Virus record (IMG/VR): IMGVR_UViG_2700988978_000001
Location: 614-64,613 of that record
Reading direction: 5' to 3' (one strand)
Source of the DNA: a virus
Taxonomy: Duplodnaviria; Caudoviricetes
DNA: 64,000 nt
This document shows positions 19,801-29,411 of this stretch, piece after piece (positions within the stretch are counted from its first letter, which is position 1; each line of letters starts with the position of its first letter). The translations under genes were made by a program, and so were the position numbers. The notes under the pieces were generated by a model, which ran no database searches, was not told where the DNA came from, and was given only the letters and a program-made list of their open reading frames with translations.

Positions 19801-22507
19801 GCTGAAGCCGCGCAACCCCGGTTACGAGATGGCCGCCGCGGCGCTGTCGGCGCTCGGCGCGGACCCGGAGAAGTGGATCGGTGTCGACCCGTCCACCTAC
19901 GTGCCTCCGGCCCTCGCGGGCGGCGGAGCTCTCACCGCTGCCGGTGGTGGCGCGGTGGACCTGTCGCGCTACATCGATGCGCTGACCGCGTTCGCCCGCT
20001 CGGGTGACCTGTCGACGGTGAGCGGTCTCGGGCTCAACGCCAACAGCTCGGTCATCACGGCGCTGACCTCGGCGCGCAACAAGAGCAAGGGCGGGCTGTC
20101 CGACGAGCAGATCGCCGAGCTGATCGCGCAGGTGTTCAGCCCGGGCGGCTACACGGGCACCCTCGACACCAGCAACAGTTCGCTGATCAAGTCGCTGACG
20201 TCGTTCCGGGAGAAGGTCGCCAAACAGGGCGGCGCGACGTCGACCGGGCGTGGCACCGCGGCGGTGGCCGGGCTGACTGGCGTGCCGATGACCGCACTCG
20301 GCATGGACCCGGTGAGCGCCTACGCGGCCGCGCACAGCGGCGGCCAATACCAGTGGGGCGCGTCCGACCTCGCGCAGGGGCTGTCGGACTGCTCGGGTGC
20401 GGTGTCCGACCTCGTCGAGCTGATCACCGAGGGCCAGGCGACGGGCAAACGCCTGTTCTCGACGGCCGATGCCGGGTCAGTGCTCAAGTCCCTCGGTGCG
20501 GTCGAGGGCGCCCTGCCTGGTGCGCTACAGATCGGTTGGGACGCCGGCCACATGCGCGCCACGCTGCCCAACGGTGTGCCGTTCGAATCGGGCGGAGGCA
20601 CTGGCCAGGGCGCGACCTATGGCGGCAACGCCCGCGGCGCCGAGGGCATGCCGAACATCATGTCGCTGCCGGTGTCCGGCGCGATCCCCGGCATGACCGG
20701 CGCTGTCGGTGCGACCGGTGGCGGCACCCCCGTGTTCGTCACGAACTGGCCTGGCGGCGTGACCGGAGTGCCCGGTCTCGACGCGATCCTCGGCGGCGCG
20801 GCGCAGGGCGGCGGCCAAGCCGCGAACAACGTCATCGGCGACGTGATGAGCGCCGTCGGAGGGCTCGGAAACGAGCCGTGGAACCGGAAGAACGTCAACT
20901 ACGCGCAGCTCAACCAGCTCATCCAAGAGCGCAACCCGATGGCGCTGGCGAAGCTGTTCGGTCTCGACGTGCCCGACTTCACCCGGGCCGGCGGCGCGGG
21001 CGACGAGATCACCGGCAACGACGGCCCCGGCTACGACTCGTCGGGTCGGCTGTTCTCCAACACCAGCGCGCTGCTGGACCGCACGTTCACCAACCTCAAC
21101 GCCCAGTTGCAGGCGATGCGGGAGCAGCTCGTCTCGGTGATCGAGCAGACCAACCAGAAGCTCAACGAGGAAGCCCTCCAGCCCGTCGTGAAGTCCGGTG
21201 TGCAGTCGGCGCTGGAGGGGCTCAAGGACTCGGTGAGCAACGCGATCGGCACGGCGATGGGCCAGGCCGCAGCACCGCCCATTGCGGACGCTGTGCGCTC
21301 CGCTATCCCCGCACAACAGGGCAACCCGGGTGGAGGTGCCGGGCCCGCCATTGCGGGCGCTCTGTTCGCGTCTGGCGGGCCGGTGTCCGGCGGCACCCCC
21401 GGCAAGGACTCTGTGCCTGCTCTGCTGATGCCCGGCGAGCACGTCCTCACCACCCAAGACGTGGCCCGCATGGGTGGACAGGCCGGTGTGTACGCGTTCC
21501 GCAACGCGCTGGCCCGTCACGGTGGTGTGCGCGGCTTCGCCACCGGTGGCGGTGTCATCGTCAACGACACCGTCGGCGCCGAGTTCTTCGGTGTCTCCCA
21601 GGTCCCGATCCTGGGTGCCATCGTCAACTTGCTCGTGCGGGTGCTTCTCGCCGTGCTCGGCGTGCAGATCGAGGCGCGGGACACGCTCAGCGAGATCACC
21701 GACGAGTTCCGCCAGTTCCGCGGCGACTTCCAGGCATTCGACGCGTCCGGCCGTCTCATGAACGACACCAGCGCGCTGATGGAGCGGTCACAGTCCAGCG
21801 AGGAGTTGGCCGCCCAGGAACGCATCCGCATCCTGAAGATCGTCATTCAGGCGCTGGTGAAGTACATCATCGAGAAGGTCATCGTGCCGATCGCGAAAGC
21901 TGTTGCGAACGCGGCGATCAACGCGGGAGCGTCGGCGGCCGGCGCGGCGATCAACACCCAAGCACCGGGCGCGGGCGGCATCGTGTCGAGCCTGATCAGC
22001 TCGGCTGGTTCGGCGGGCGTCGACATCATCGCCGAGATCGGCTCGGAGATCGCGGTTCAGGCGTCGGCGGTGATCATCGACATGATCGCGCAGGGGCTGC
22101 AAAGCTACTTCCCAGATCTGGTCGCGGCGGTGTTCGGCGGTGGGCTGCTGGAACAGCTTCTCGTCGGGCCGATCACCGCGGCGCTGGAGGCGCCGCTGGC
22201 CATCCTCGGCGCGTTCACCGGTGGTATCGCTGGCCTGTTCGCGCCGCTGCTCGGGATCCTCGGCGAAGGGGTGTTCGACTCCGGTGGTGTGGCGCGCGGT
22301 GTCGGGCTGATGCCCAAGGCCACCATCGCCCCGGAACGGGTGCTCTCGCCGCAGCAGACCGCCTTGTTTGAGCGGATGGTCGTTGCGCTGGAACGCAACC
22401 CGCAGGCAGCGGCTGGCAACACGACCATGGTCAACGCCGAGATCAACGTGGCTGGTGGGCCCGATGTTGGGCGCAAGGTTCGTGACGGACTTCTGGAGCT
22501 GCTCTGA
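16802..22507 (+). CDS. Tape measure protein with NlpC/P60-like domain
   Basis: 1901 aa, Ala/Gly-rich; YQWG...DCSG...GHM motif; duplicated DSVPAxLMPGEHVL motif. Confidence 0.95.
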   Translation: MTTPVGSIKFDLSIDGSGLPTELLREIQGAIAPVLADLQRRLDAVERDYQHLTREAEKSAAKQAAAAKVAAEAVEDIGDEHTKTAAKAQTSATVSTRSINAVTRAVERQVRAWEKLAAAQAAAAAAPQPGPPPPPTRGGGSGGGGGGGSRGGNVRWHGGRGGFIGSPVGLNTLAFGAAAIPPAISAATTAVVNLVGAIQQLTQAGLALPGVFAGAATSIGTAVIGFQGMADAVEALNEAAASGDPKDLEKAAEALKDMAPAAVETAKAVSAFVTGPWKDLQRATAQTMFDGVAKDFETVTGRLIPTLQRGTQEVGSAWNKTFKELGRVVGLDSTQSFLDRIFGNTAEAQTRANAAIEPLIHGIGTLTSESSDFLPRLADALTKVTTRFDNWISNAAANGDLDKWINEGFDAASNLGESLLNVLKIINDITTAAGGDGGFLKWLRDATTQLHEFLASDEGQEKLTNFFTEGREQAAKWLPILQDLGRLALDVFNGFRQWGETILPIVQTIAGVLASMPDSVTAVVTAFLAWRTISGVAALLGSISGIGRGIDALPGKANTAAGGISRALNRIAIPAFLTPLLTGVTGPMIGGDNGNGSNLAGTGLNIAGGAAIGASVAGLPGGIVGAIAGLGTSIYQRIKADIDQGRAEWEAKWQADHNAGPTRPGSPEQQLTQMPELRGVRQPSLFNPDGSLKAAPDQQFADVIGSGKIPGAVINPDGTVTYNGVTIPNFKVPQPGTPTQQPYPLRTAPVQGPVAVPPPQVALTGGEQKPIVAPTDLGGLLGVPDVKQGVQQIASEIKELPQGEIKIKDPSPEVVKNLEGIDATITKVSENELEVKANTDKAQAQIDALVLKYKQQTITLAIQAQTTPPPVPPVQPRAAGGPIFGGVPGRDSVPAMLMPGEHVLTVADVAAMGGHANVYAFRRALHFADGGEVPHLGTGLPPGPGDDNSVLGVLRQIRDLLAGRGGVGSNPLAETAANTANLSSAVSGGSGEQMGPFGTPLKPRNPGYEMAAAALSALGADPEKWIGVDPSTYVPPALAGGGALTAAGGGAVDLSRYIDALTAFARSGDLSTVSGLGLNANSSVITALTSARNKSKGGLSDEQIAELIAQVFSPGGYTGTLDTSNSSLIKSLTSFREKVAKQGGATSTGRGTAAVAGLTGVPMTALGMDPVSAYAAAHSGGQYQWGASDLAQGLSDCSGAVSDLVELITEGQATGKRLFSTADAGSVLKSLGAVEGALPGALQIGWDAGHMRATLPNGVPFESGGGTGQGATYGGNARGAEGMPNIMSLPVSGAIPGMTGAVGATGGGTPVFVTNWPGGVTGVPGLDAILGGAAQGGGQAANNVIGDVMSAVGGLGNEPWNRKNVNYAQLNQLIQERNPMALAKLFGLDVPDFTRAGGAGDEITGNDGPGYDSSGRLFSNTSALLDRTFTNLNAQLQAMREQLVSVIEQTNQKLNEEALQPVVKSGVQSALEGLKDSVSNAIGTAMGQAAAPPIADAVRSAIPAQQGNPGGGAGPAIAGALFASGGPVSGGTPGKDSVPALLMPGEHVLTTQDVARMGGQAGVYAFRNALARHGGVRGFATGGGVIVNDTVGAEFFGVSQVPILGAIVNLLVRVLLAVLGVQIEARDTLSEITDEFRQFRGDFQAFDASGRLMNDTSALMERSQSSEELAAQERIRILKIVIQALVKYIIEKVIVPIAKAVANAAINAGASAAGAAINTQAPGAGGIVSSLISSAGSAGVDIIAEIGSEIAVQASAVIIDMIAQGLQSYFPDLVAAVFGGGLLEQLLVGPITAALEAPLAILGAFTGGIAGLFAPLLGILGEGVFDSGGVARGVGLMPKATIAPERVLSPQQTALFERMVVALERNPQAAAGNTTMVNAEINVAGGPDVGRKVRDGLLELL

Positions 22508-23934
22508 TGCCCTACCGAGGATGGTTCGCGCTCAACGGTGTGGAGATTGCCAACAGCAGCCGCGTCGCGGCGCACCTGGGGAATGCCGTGCCGCTGTCCG
22601 ACGTGGGCATGTTCGGGCCGACCGAGTCGGAACCGTGCGAACTCGTTGAGGTGAGCCCGGGCCTGTACGCGATCCCCGAGTCGTCGGTCGAGGTGCTGCC
22701 CGGTCTGGGGTCGGTGCCCGACGGTGCCCGTCGTTTCGGGCCCGGGCTGCTGGAGATGGGCCCGTGCTGGGGGCCAGCGGACACCTGCTCGGACTGCAAC
22801 ACGCTGATCGACTACGACGACACCTGGCCGGGTCTGCCGGAGTTCCTGGGCGATTCGCTGTACCGGCCGGAGCTCGCGCCGTGGTACTCGACGCAGCTGC
22901 CCGAGTCGGGCGAGTTCGGCGGCGTGTGGATGCTGAAGGTCGACGGGCTCGACACGACGCCGGTCGACCGGGAGATCACGCAGATGGCCGGTGCGGGTGG
23001 CGCCGCTGGCCCGTCACGTGACCCGTCGCGCACGGTGACGTTCGAGGCCGTGCTGGTGGCCTGCACCCATGCAGGTGTCGACTTCGGGCTGAAGTGGTTG
23101 ACGTGCCTGCTGCGGGATACCGCCACCAGCACGACGAGCACGCTGCGGTATCTCGCTGCGTCGCCGTCATATTCGGGTGTGGATCCGCTGTCGCTGGTGC
23201 GTGAAGTGCACGGCGTCGTCCTCACGAAGACCCCCACGATCGCGCAGGAGTACAACACCGAGGCTCGCCAGCACCAGCAGGCCACCATGTATCGGATCAC
23301 CTGGGAGATGGCCGTTCTGGCGCCGTACGCCTACCTGCCTTCGGTGCGGGTGCCCGTCGATTGGGACGACATCATCCGCCAGCCGGTGAACTGGATTCAC
23401 GCCCCGGACTGCGCGAAGCCGGAGACGTGCGAGGACATGCCCGTGATGTTCTCCACCGAGTGTGTGCCCGAACAGATCCCCGTGGTCACCACGCCGCCGC
23501 CCGTGTGCGGCGGCTGCCTACCTGTTGGGGAGATCGACAAGCACGTCTTCCGCGTGCCGACGATGGATTACGCGTTCCGCTGCAACGAGACCGCGGTGAC
23601 GACGATCCTGCGTAACACCGGTGAGCAGCCGCTGACGCTGCAAGCGTTCTGGCGCGAGTGCGGGTCGGACGTGCGCTGCGAGGACAACCGCTGGCCGCTG
23701 CAGATCGCCGGTCTACCCGCCGGGGCGGAGCTGGTGCTCGACGGCGTGACCGGACGGTTCTGGGCGAACTACGACGAACGGGTTCGCCGCGTCGTCGGAG
23801 TCGTCGGCACCCCGCACGGTGCGCCGTGGCGGCCACCGCTGATCGACCGGCAGACGTGCTGGGAGTTCATCGTGCAGACCGCCGCGTCGAGCGAGTTCGA
23901 GATGGAGCTGGTTCTCCACGACCGGGAGCCGTGA
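22507..23934 (+). CDS. Minor tail protein (distal-tail-like)
   Basis: First gene after TMP; YRGWFALNGVEIANSSR start. Confidence 0.85.
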   Translation: MPYRGWFALNGVEIANSSRVAAHLGNAVPLSDVGMFGPTESEPCELVEVSPGLYAIPESSVEVLPGLGSVPDGARRFGPGLLEMGPCWGPADTCSDCNTLIDYDDTWPGLPEFLGDSLYRPELAPWYSTQLPESGEFGGVWMLKVDGLDTTPVDREITQMAGAGGAAGPSRDPSRTVTFEAVLVACTHAGVDFGLKWLTCLLRDTATSTTSTLRYLAASPSYSGVDPLSLVREVHGVVLTKTPTIAQEYNTEARQHQQATMYRITWEMAVLAPYAYLPSVRVPVDWDDIIRQPVNWIHAPDCAKPETCEDMPVMFSTECVPEQIPVVTTPPPVCGGCLPVGEIDKHVFRVPTMDYAFRCNETAVTTILRNTGEQPLTLQAFWRECGSDVRCEDNRWPLQIAGLPAGAELVLDGVTGRFWANYDERVRRVVGVVGTPHGAPWRPPLIDRQTCWEFIVQTAASSEFEMELVLHDREP

Positions 23935-24977
23935 GCGTGATCATCAGCGATGAGCAGATCGTTTCCGTACGAACGTATTCCGGCACGCAGCTCTACCAAT
24001 TCCTCACGAACTCGTTCACGCAGTTGAAGTGGACGCGGGCGCAGCGTGAGGTGTCGCTGTGTGACCTGGTGGTGCCGCCGCAGGCCGGCTATGTCGGTAT
24101 CCCCGATCTGACGCCGTGGCTGCACTGGATTGATGTGTGGGACGGCGACGGCCGGGAGCGCTACTGGTCGGGCCCGATCCGCCGCGTTGAGCAGGGGCGC
24201 ACCTGGTTGTCGGTGTCCGCCGACGACATGGGCACCCTGGCGGCGAGCACACGCTGCAAGCTCACCAAACGCTGGGACTCCGCCGACCCGGCCGAGGTCG
24301 CGTCTGAGCTGTGGCGCACCGTCATCGAGCACCACGGGCTCAACGTCCGCTCACTCGATCGCGTCGACCCCCGCGGCGACAGGTTCGAATTCGCGTGCGT
24401 CGCGGACGAGAAGATGACCGACGAGGTGATCAGCGAACTGGTCGACCTCGGTTTGTACTGGACGGTCGTCGGCGGTGGCCTGCGGCTCGGTCCCGAACCG
24501 TTCGCGCCCATCGCCGCGCTGGGCGAGCACGACTTCCTCGACGGCGACCTGACCGTGATCCGCGACGGGTCAAACACGTTCAACGACGTTCTGCTCCGCG
24601 CGGGCGACTCGGTATCACGCGCACGGGTGGAGATGGGCGGGCTCAACCGCGAGACGATCATCCACCGTGACTCCATGTTCGGCGTGTCCAACGCTGACCG
24701 TGCGGTGCAGCAGGCAGCGCGCTACCTCGGTGCCATCCGCGACGCGATCTCGGTGCCCCGCGGCTCGGTGCTCTCGCCGGACGCCCCGCTGGTGATCAGC
24801 GATCTGGTCCCGTCGGTGCGTATCAACGTCGAGGCGTACGGGCTGTTGTCGACCATGGAGCTGGAAGGCGTGACGGTCGAGTGCACGGCCGGGCGGTCAA
24901 CTGTCGCCGTGGATCTGGAATCGGTGAACGACGATCTGCCCGAGCTGGTCGAGGCGCCGCGACGGGGGCCACAGTGA
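23931..24977 (+). CDS. Minor tail protein (hub-like)
   Basis: Second gene after TMP; PWLHWIDVWD...WSGPI. Confidence 0.8.
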   Translation: MSVIISDEQIVSVRTYSGTQLYQFLTNSFTQLKWTRAQREVSLCDLVVPPQAGYVGIPDLTPWLHWIDVWDGDGRERYWSGPIRRVEQGRTWLSVSADDMGTLAASTRCKLTKRWDSADPAEVASELWRTVIEHHGLNVRSLDRVDPRGDRFEFACVADEKMTDEVISELVDLGLYWTVVGGGLRLGPEPFAPIAALGEHDFLDGDLTVIRDGSNTFNDVLLRAGDSVSRARVEMGGLNRETIIHRDSMFGVSNADRAVQQAARYLGAIRDAISVPRGSVLSPDAPLVISDLVPSVRINVEAYGLLSTMELEGVTVECTAGRSTVAVDLESVNDDLPELVEAPRRGPQ

Positions 24978-27802
24978 GCGACGCACGGCTGGGGCGCGCA
25001 CCGCGGTCTGAGGCCGAATGGGCCCGAGAGATCGACCGTCGCCTGAAGAAGGTGGAGCGGTCGCAGACCACGCGTGTCGGCAACTGGGTGCTGTCCGAGC
25101 AGGACGGTCGCCCGGTGCTCACCCGGCCAGGCGAATCGATGGAGGTCGGGGCGGCCGCCGAACCAGAAGTCGTTGACCTGTCACAACGCGGCACCACGGT
25201 TACCGACTTGAGCGACATCGCTACCGCGGTCGGCTATCCCGACGTTGACCCCGAGGCGCCGCCATCGCTCGATGACGTGCGCCAATGGGTACTCGCGCAA
25301 CTGTTCGGCACGGTGTCGCCGTCGCGCATCCCGTCGCTGCCGTGGGCGCACCTGGTTGATGGCTCAGCGGAGCTGCTCGAGGATCCAAGTTTCGACAACC
25401 CCGCGACGTTCGCGAACAACCCTTCGCTGCACTACGACTCGGCGTTCGGCCGGCTAAAGCCTGGCTCGGCGCGTGTCGACGCCGATGGCAGCACCTTCGC
25501 AGGCGTCTCCAACCTGATCCCCGTCGAGGCCGGCGAGATCCTGCCGGTGTCGCTGCACGTGTTCTACGAGGGCGTGGTCGCGACCGTCGCTGATCCGATC
25601 AAGCTCGGGGTGCGCGGCTACCACGTCGAGGACGACGGCACGCGCACACTGGTGACAACCGCGACCGTCGACAGCGTCGCCGCCCCGTCAGGGGAGAGCG
25701 ACGATGTGCCCGAGGCGGTCGACGGGTGGATCAAACTGCAGGGCAGCTACACGGTGCCCACGCTGCCTACCTCGGTCGATGAGGTGGTGCTCGGGTTCGA
25801 CGGGGCTGGTATTACCGCGGGCTCGATCTGGTTCGATGACGGCTCGGCGAAGAAGGTCAAAGATGGCCTGCCGCAGGAGTGGATCAAGAACCTGGTGGGC
25901 GACCTCGGTTCGCTGTGGAACGGTCTCGGCGGCTTCGTTGAGCAGCTGATGGCCCAGCTCGGCATGACTCCAAGCGGTGTGTTCTGGGATGACGTATTCG
26001 ACCTGTCCGACGAGATCGCGTGGATTCAAGAACGCGCGGCCGAGGGCGTGCAGGACGCGGCGCAGGCGTTGGCGGGGCTGGCTGAGAAGTTGAGTATCTC
26101 GTCGTGGGTGACGTATTTCGGGTCGAAGGTGCGTAACGGCTCGAATCTGGCGGTGGGCGGGGACATGGACACTGGTGTGTTCCCGGACGGGTTCTATTGG
26201 CATCCTGGCGAGTACAGCACTGAGCAGGCTCATGAGGGGTCTCGTAGCCGCAAGGTCACCAAGTCCGGTTCTGGTGAGGTGATTTTCGATCTGGTCTACG
26301 ACGTGGCGCAGACCGATCCGTGGCTGGAGAGTTTCCTGCGGGTGCAGCCGGGGCAGAAGTACGCGGTGGATGTGTGGGTGTACCCGCATGGCTCCAATAC
26401 CGGCACGCAGACGGTGTCGTTGTGGGGCAAGCTGGTCGATTCCACTGGTGTGCTGCCGGATTCGTGGCCTGAGGGGGTGACGGTCACACCGGGTGGGGGT
26501 TGGGAGGAACTGTCGTATACGTTCACCATCCCTGCTGGGTATGACCGGTGGTATCCGTATGTGGGGATCGCGGCGGCGACCTCTGAGGGCAATGTGTATT
26601 ACGTGGATTCGGTGACGATCCGGGAGGTCACCGAGGTGCGCAACTTGGCGGCGCAGTTGCTGACCGATCCGGGTGCGGTGCTCGGTGCGATCCCGCAGGC
26701 GTTGGTCAGTGGTTTGGCCGGGACGGTGGCGGAGCTGAACCAGATCCGCGACATTCTGGCGGGGTTGGTTGTCACGCCGATCAACTCGGCGATTCAGGAC
26801 ATCAAAGACTGGTGGACCTCGATCACTGGCAAGACCCAAAACCTCACCAGCGCGGGCAAGTTGGATGCGAGCAACCTTGTCGGCCAGGTCGCCAAGGACG
26901 CGGTTGAGGGCCTGACTGATCTGGCCGATGATGTGGTCGGTGGTTTCAAGGGCATCTTTGACACGTGGTTCGGCGGCAACAGTGGTACCGGCGCTCCTGC
27001 CGAGGTTGCGCAGACCATTGAGGCGATCAAAGATGCGGTGATCAGCGGCTACACCGTGTCCACGTTCACCTCGTCAGAAACCAGCTGGGACGTCCCTGAG
27101 GGCATCGTCGAGATGATCGCTGTTGTCGTCGGTGGTGGGCAGAACGGCCAGGCCGGGTTCAGCAACGACGGCACCACTGTTCGTCCGGGCGGTTTGCACG
27201 GTTCGTACCTGGCGCAGACCCTCGATGTGTCGACGCTGCCGGCGGCGTTGGACATCGCGGTCGGGACCGCAGGGCAGAAGTCGTTTGTGCGGGAGGCCAA
27301 CGGGTCGCACACCGGCGCTGTGATTGTCGAGTCGCCCGCGCACGGCTCGGCGGGTGGCATCGCCACCGTCTTCGGTCTGTCGCAGACGAATTCCGCTCCG
27401 GGCAACGGCGGCGCGGGCGGGATGTGTTACAACTCCGCCGACCCGCCGGAGGGGCATTCGCCGACGCCTGGAGCAGCGGGCGGCGCGTCGGGGCTGGCGG
27501 CAGGCGGCTCGGGCGGTTCCGCAGCGCCTGGCGGGAGCAGCGGAGGTGCCACCGGCGGCAACGGCGGCCCTGGCGGCTCGGTGTCTGCCGGTGCGCTGAC
27601 CAAGTGCGGCGGTGGCGGTGGTGGTGGTGGTGGCGGCGGCCGTACCTACCTGTTCACTGGCGGCAAGGGCGGCCAGGGTGGCCCTGGCGGCTATCCCGGC
27701 GGTGCGGGCGGTGCAGGCGGCAATGGTGACTCCGTCCTCGGCGGCGCGGGCGGATCCGGTGGCCCCGGTGCCGCTGGCGTCGTCTGGCTGTTCTACAGGT
27801 AA
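24974..27802 (+). CDS. Minor tail/fibre protein with carbohydrate-binding-like domains and Gly-rich C-terminus
   Basis: Two beta-sandwich-like segments; poly-Gly tail. Confidence 0.85.
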   Translation: MSDARLGRAPRSEAEWAREIDRRLKKVERSQTTRVGNWVLSEQDGRPVLTRPGESMEVGAAAEPEVVDLSQRGTTVTDLSDIATAVGYPDVDPEAPPSLDDVRQWVLAQLFGTVSPSRIPSLPWAHLVDGSAELLEDPSFDNPATFANNPSLHYDSAFGRLKPGSARVDADGSTFAGVSNLIPVEAGEILPVSLHVFYEGVVATVADPIKLGVRGYHVEDDGTRTLVTTATVDSVAAPSGESDDVPEAVDGWIKLQGSYTVPTLPTSVDEVVLGFDGAGITAGSIWFDDGSAKKVKDGLPQEWIKNLVGDLGSLWNGLGGFVEQLMAQLGMTPSGVFWDDVFDLSDEIAWIQERAAEGVQDAAQALAGLAEKLSISSWVTYFGSKVRNGSNLAVGGDMDTGVFPDGFYWHPGEYSTEQAHEGSRSRKVTKSGSGEVIFDLVYDVAQTDPWLESFLRVQPGQKYAVDVWVYPHGSNTGTQTVSLWGKLVDSTGVLPDSWPEGVTVTPGGGWEELSYTFTIPAGYDRWYPYVGIAAATSEGNVYYVDSVTIREVTEVRNLAAQLLTDPGAVLGAIPQALVSGLAGTVAELNQIRDILAGLVVTPINSAIQDIKDWWTSITGKTQNLTSAGKLDASNLVGQVAKDAVEGLTDLADDVVGGFKGIFDTWFGGNSGTGAPAEVAQTIEAIKDAVISGYTVSTFTSSETSWDVPEGIVEMIAVVVGGGQNGQAGFSNDGTTVRPGGLHGSYLAQTLDVSTLPAALDIAVGTAGQKSFVREANGSHTGAVIVESPAHGSAGGIATVFGLSQTNSAPGNGGAGGMCYNSADPPEGHSPTPGAAGGASGLAAGGSGGSAAPGGSSGGATGGNGGPGGSVSAGALTKCGGGGGGGGGGGRTYLFTGGKGGQGGPGGYPGGAGGAGGNGDSVLGGAGGSGGPGAAGVVWLFYR

Positions 27803-27811
27803 GGGGAACTC

Positions 27812-28138
27812 ATGAACATGGCAACGCTTGTCGCTGAGAGGCTTTCACAGTTCTGCCCTGTCACGAACCACTATCGCTGTTCGGATGGTCGGCATCTGCT
27901 GATCACCATGCCAGCGCTCGACTCGATGGGGACGCTGGCCGAAACGCTCGGCATCGTTGTTCCGGTGGCCAAGACGCACATGCCCACCACGGTCGATGTG
28001 TTCCTGGCTGATGAGAACGCGGTGGTGCTCGACGCCGACGGTGACCCCGCAAACGGCATGACCGCGCTGGCCAAAATCGAGAACTGCGCGGGCTTCGAAC
28101 ACGCCTTGGCTCACCTCGGGTACACGCTGGTGGCCTGA
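27812..28138 (+). CDS. Tail-region hypothetical protein
   Basis: RBS; PVTNHYRCSDG motif common after mycobacteriophage fibre genes. Confidence 0.75.
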   Translation: MNMATLVAERLSQFCPVTNHYRCSDGRHLLITMPALDSMGTLAETLGIVVPVAKTHMPTTVDVFLADENAVVLDADGDPANGMTALAKIENCAGFEHALAHLGYTLVA

Positions 28139-28220
28139 TGCCCTGGTCGCCCGACCCGACATCCCCGCAGCGCGAGCACCGAACGGCTGTCTGCGCTGGC
28201 AACAGATACCTTGCGTGCCG

Positions 28221-29381
28221 ATGACCGGTTGGTTGCCCGATGTCCCGATCCTCCGCATGGTGCCACCACGCGGATGGTTCCCCGATATCGTGCCGCCCGC
28301 GCCACCGCCGGAGTCTGAAATCGGTTGGTGGGCGGTGCTCACGCTCGACATCAAAGACCTCGGGGACACCACCCAGAGCATGGTGCTGCTGGCCATCAAG
28401 CGACTGGCCCTGGCCAACCTCGCCGCGTCGACACAGTCGCTCGAGCTACGCAAGATCGCCACCGCGATCCTCACCAACACCGCCACGAGCAGCCAGGTCC
28501 TCACGCTGCGCAAGATCGCGCTGCTCAACCTCGCCGGCGTCGCACCGGCCACCCAAGCGCTCTCCCTGGCCAAGGTGCTCGACGTCGAGCTGAGCCGCAT
28601 GGGTGTGAGCACGCAGTCGCTCGACCTGGCGCGCGTCGTGAATGTGGCCATGATGACGGACAGCCCTGCGGCGCAGCTGCTTACGCTGACCAAAGTCGGT
28701 GTGCTGGCGCTCAACAGCACCGCCCCAAGCTCGCAGATCCTGGTACTGACCCGCGTCGTATCGTTGATGCTGTCGACGACTCTGGCCACTGCGTCGGGTG
28801 TGCTCGGGCTCGGTTTCCCGCCCCTGACCGCGACGACGCAGACATTCACCAACACCAACAACATCGCGTCGTGGGTGTTCCCGCGTAACGCGGAATGGCT
28901 CGCGGTGGTCTGCCTCGGCGGCGGCTGCGGTGGGCGCGGTGGCGGTCCGCTGCTCGCCGGTGGTGGCGGCTACGCGGGAACGTACGGCACCGCGCTGCTG
29001 AAGCGCGGTGTCGATGTCCCGTGGTCGATGACATCGATGTATATGAACGTCGGCGCGGGCAGCGCAGGCTCGTCCGGCGGGTATGTCGTCAGCAACCCAT
29101 CCAACGGGGCCAACTCGCTATGCACCGACACCAGTCTCAACGCCTTCGCCGTCGGCAACGGTGGCCTGCCGAACTATTCGACGCAACGCGGCCAGGACGC
29201 GCCTGATCTCAATTTCAACGGCATCGCGGCCGTCGGCGGCAAATCGACCACGGGCAGCGCCTCGCCGGGCGGTGTCCCGGGCGGCGGCGGCAACGGGGCC
29301 AACGCGGGATCGTTCGGACTGCCCGGCGGTGCGGGCGGCCCCGGTGGCCGCGGACAGATCTGGGCTCGCGCGTTCCAGTGA
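28221..29381 (+). CDS. Minor tail protein with 20-aa repeats and Gly-rich C-terminus
   Basis: Seven [TSA]QxLxL repeats; Gly-rich domain. Confidence 0.8.
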   Translation: MTGWLPDVPILRMVPPRGWFPDIVPPAPPPESEIGWWAVLTLDIKDLGDTTQSMVLLAIKRLALANLAASTQSLELRKIATAILTNTATSSQVLTLRKIALLNLAGVAPATQALSLAKVLDVELSRMGVSTQSLDLARVVNVAMMTDSPAAQLLTLTKVGVLALNSTAPSSQILVLTRVVSLMLSTTLATASGVLGLGFPPLTATTQTFTNTNNIASWVFPRNAEWLAVVCLGGGCGGRGGGPLLAGGGGYAGTYGTALLKRGVDVPWSMTSMYMNVGAGSAGSSGGYVVSNPSNGANSLCTDTSLNAFAVGNGGLPNYSTQRGQDAPDLNFNGIAAVGGKSTTGSASPGGVPGGGGNGANAGSFGLPGGAGGPGGRGQIWARAFQ

Positions 29382-29385
29382 CCCT

Positions 29386-29404
29386 CACCCACGGTCGATA
29401 GTAT
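29386..29404 (+). promoter_or_regulatory. Late-promoter motif copy (CACCC-N8-TAGTAT), leaderless
   Basis: ATG 29412 lies 7 nt downstream. Confidence 0.7.
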
Positions 29405-29411
29405 CCGCGCC

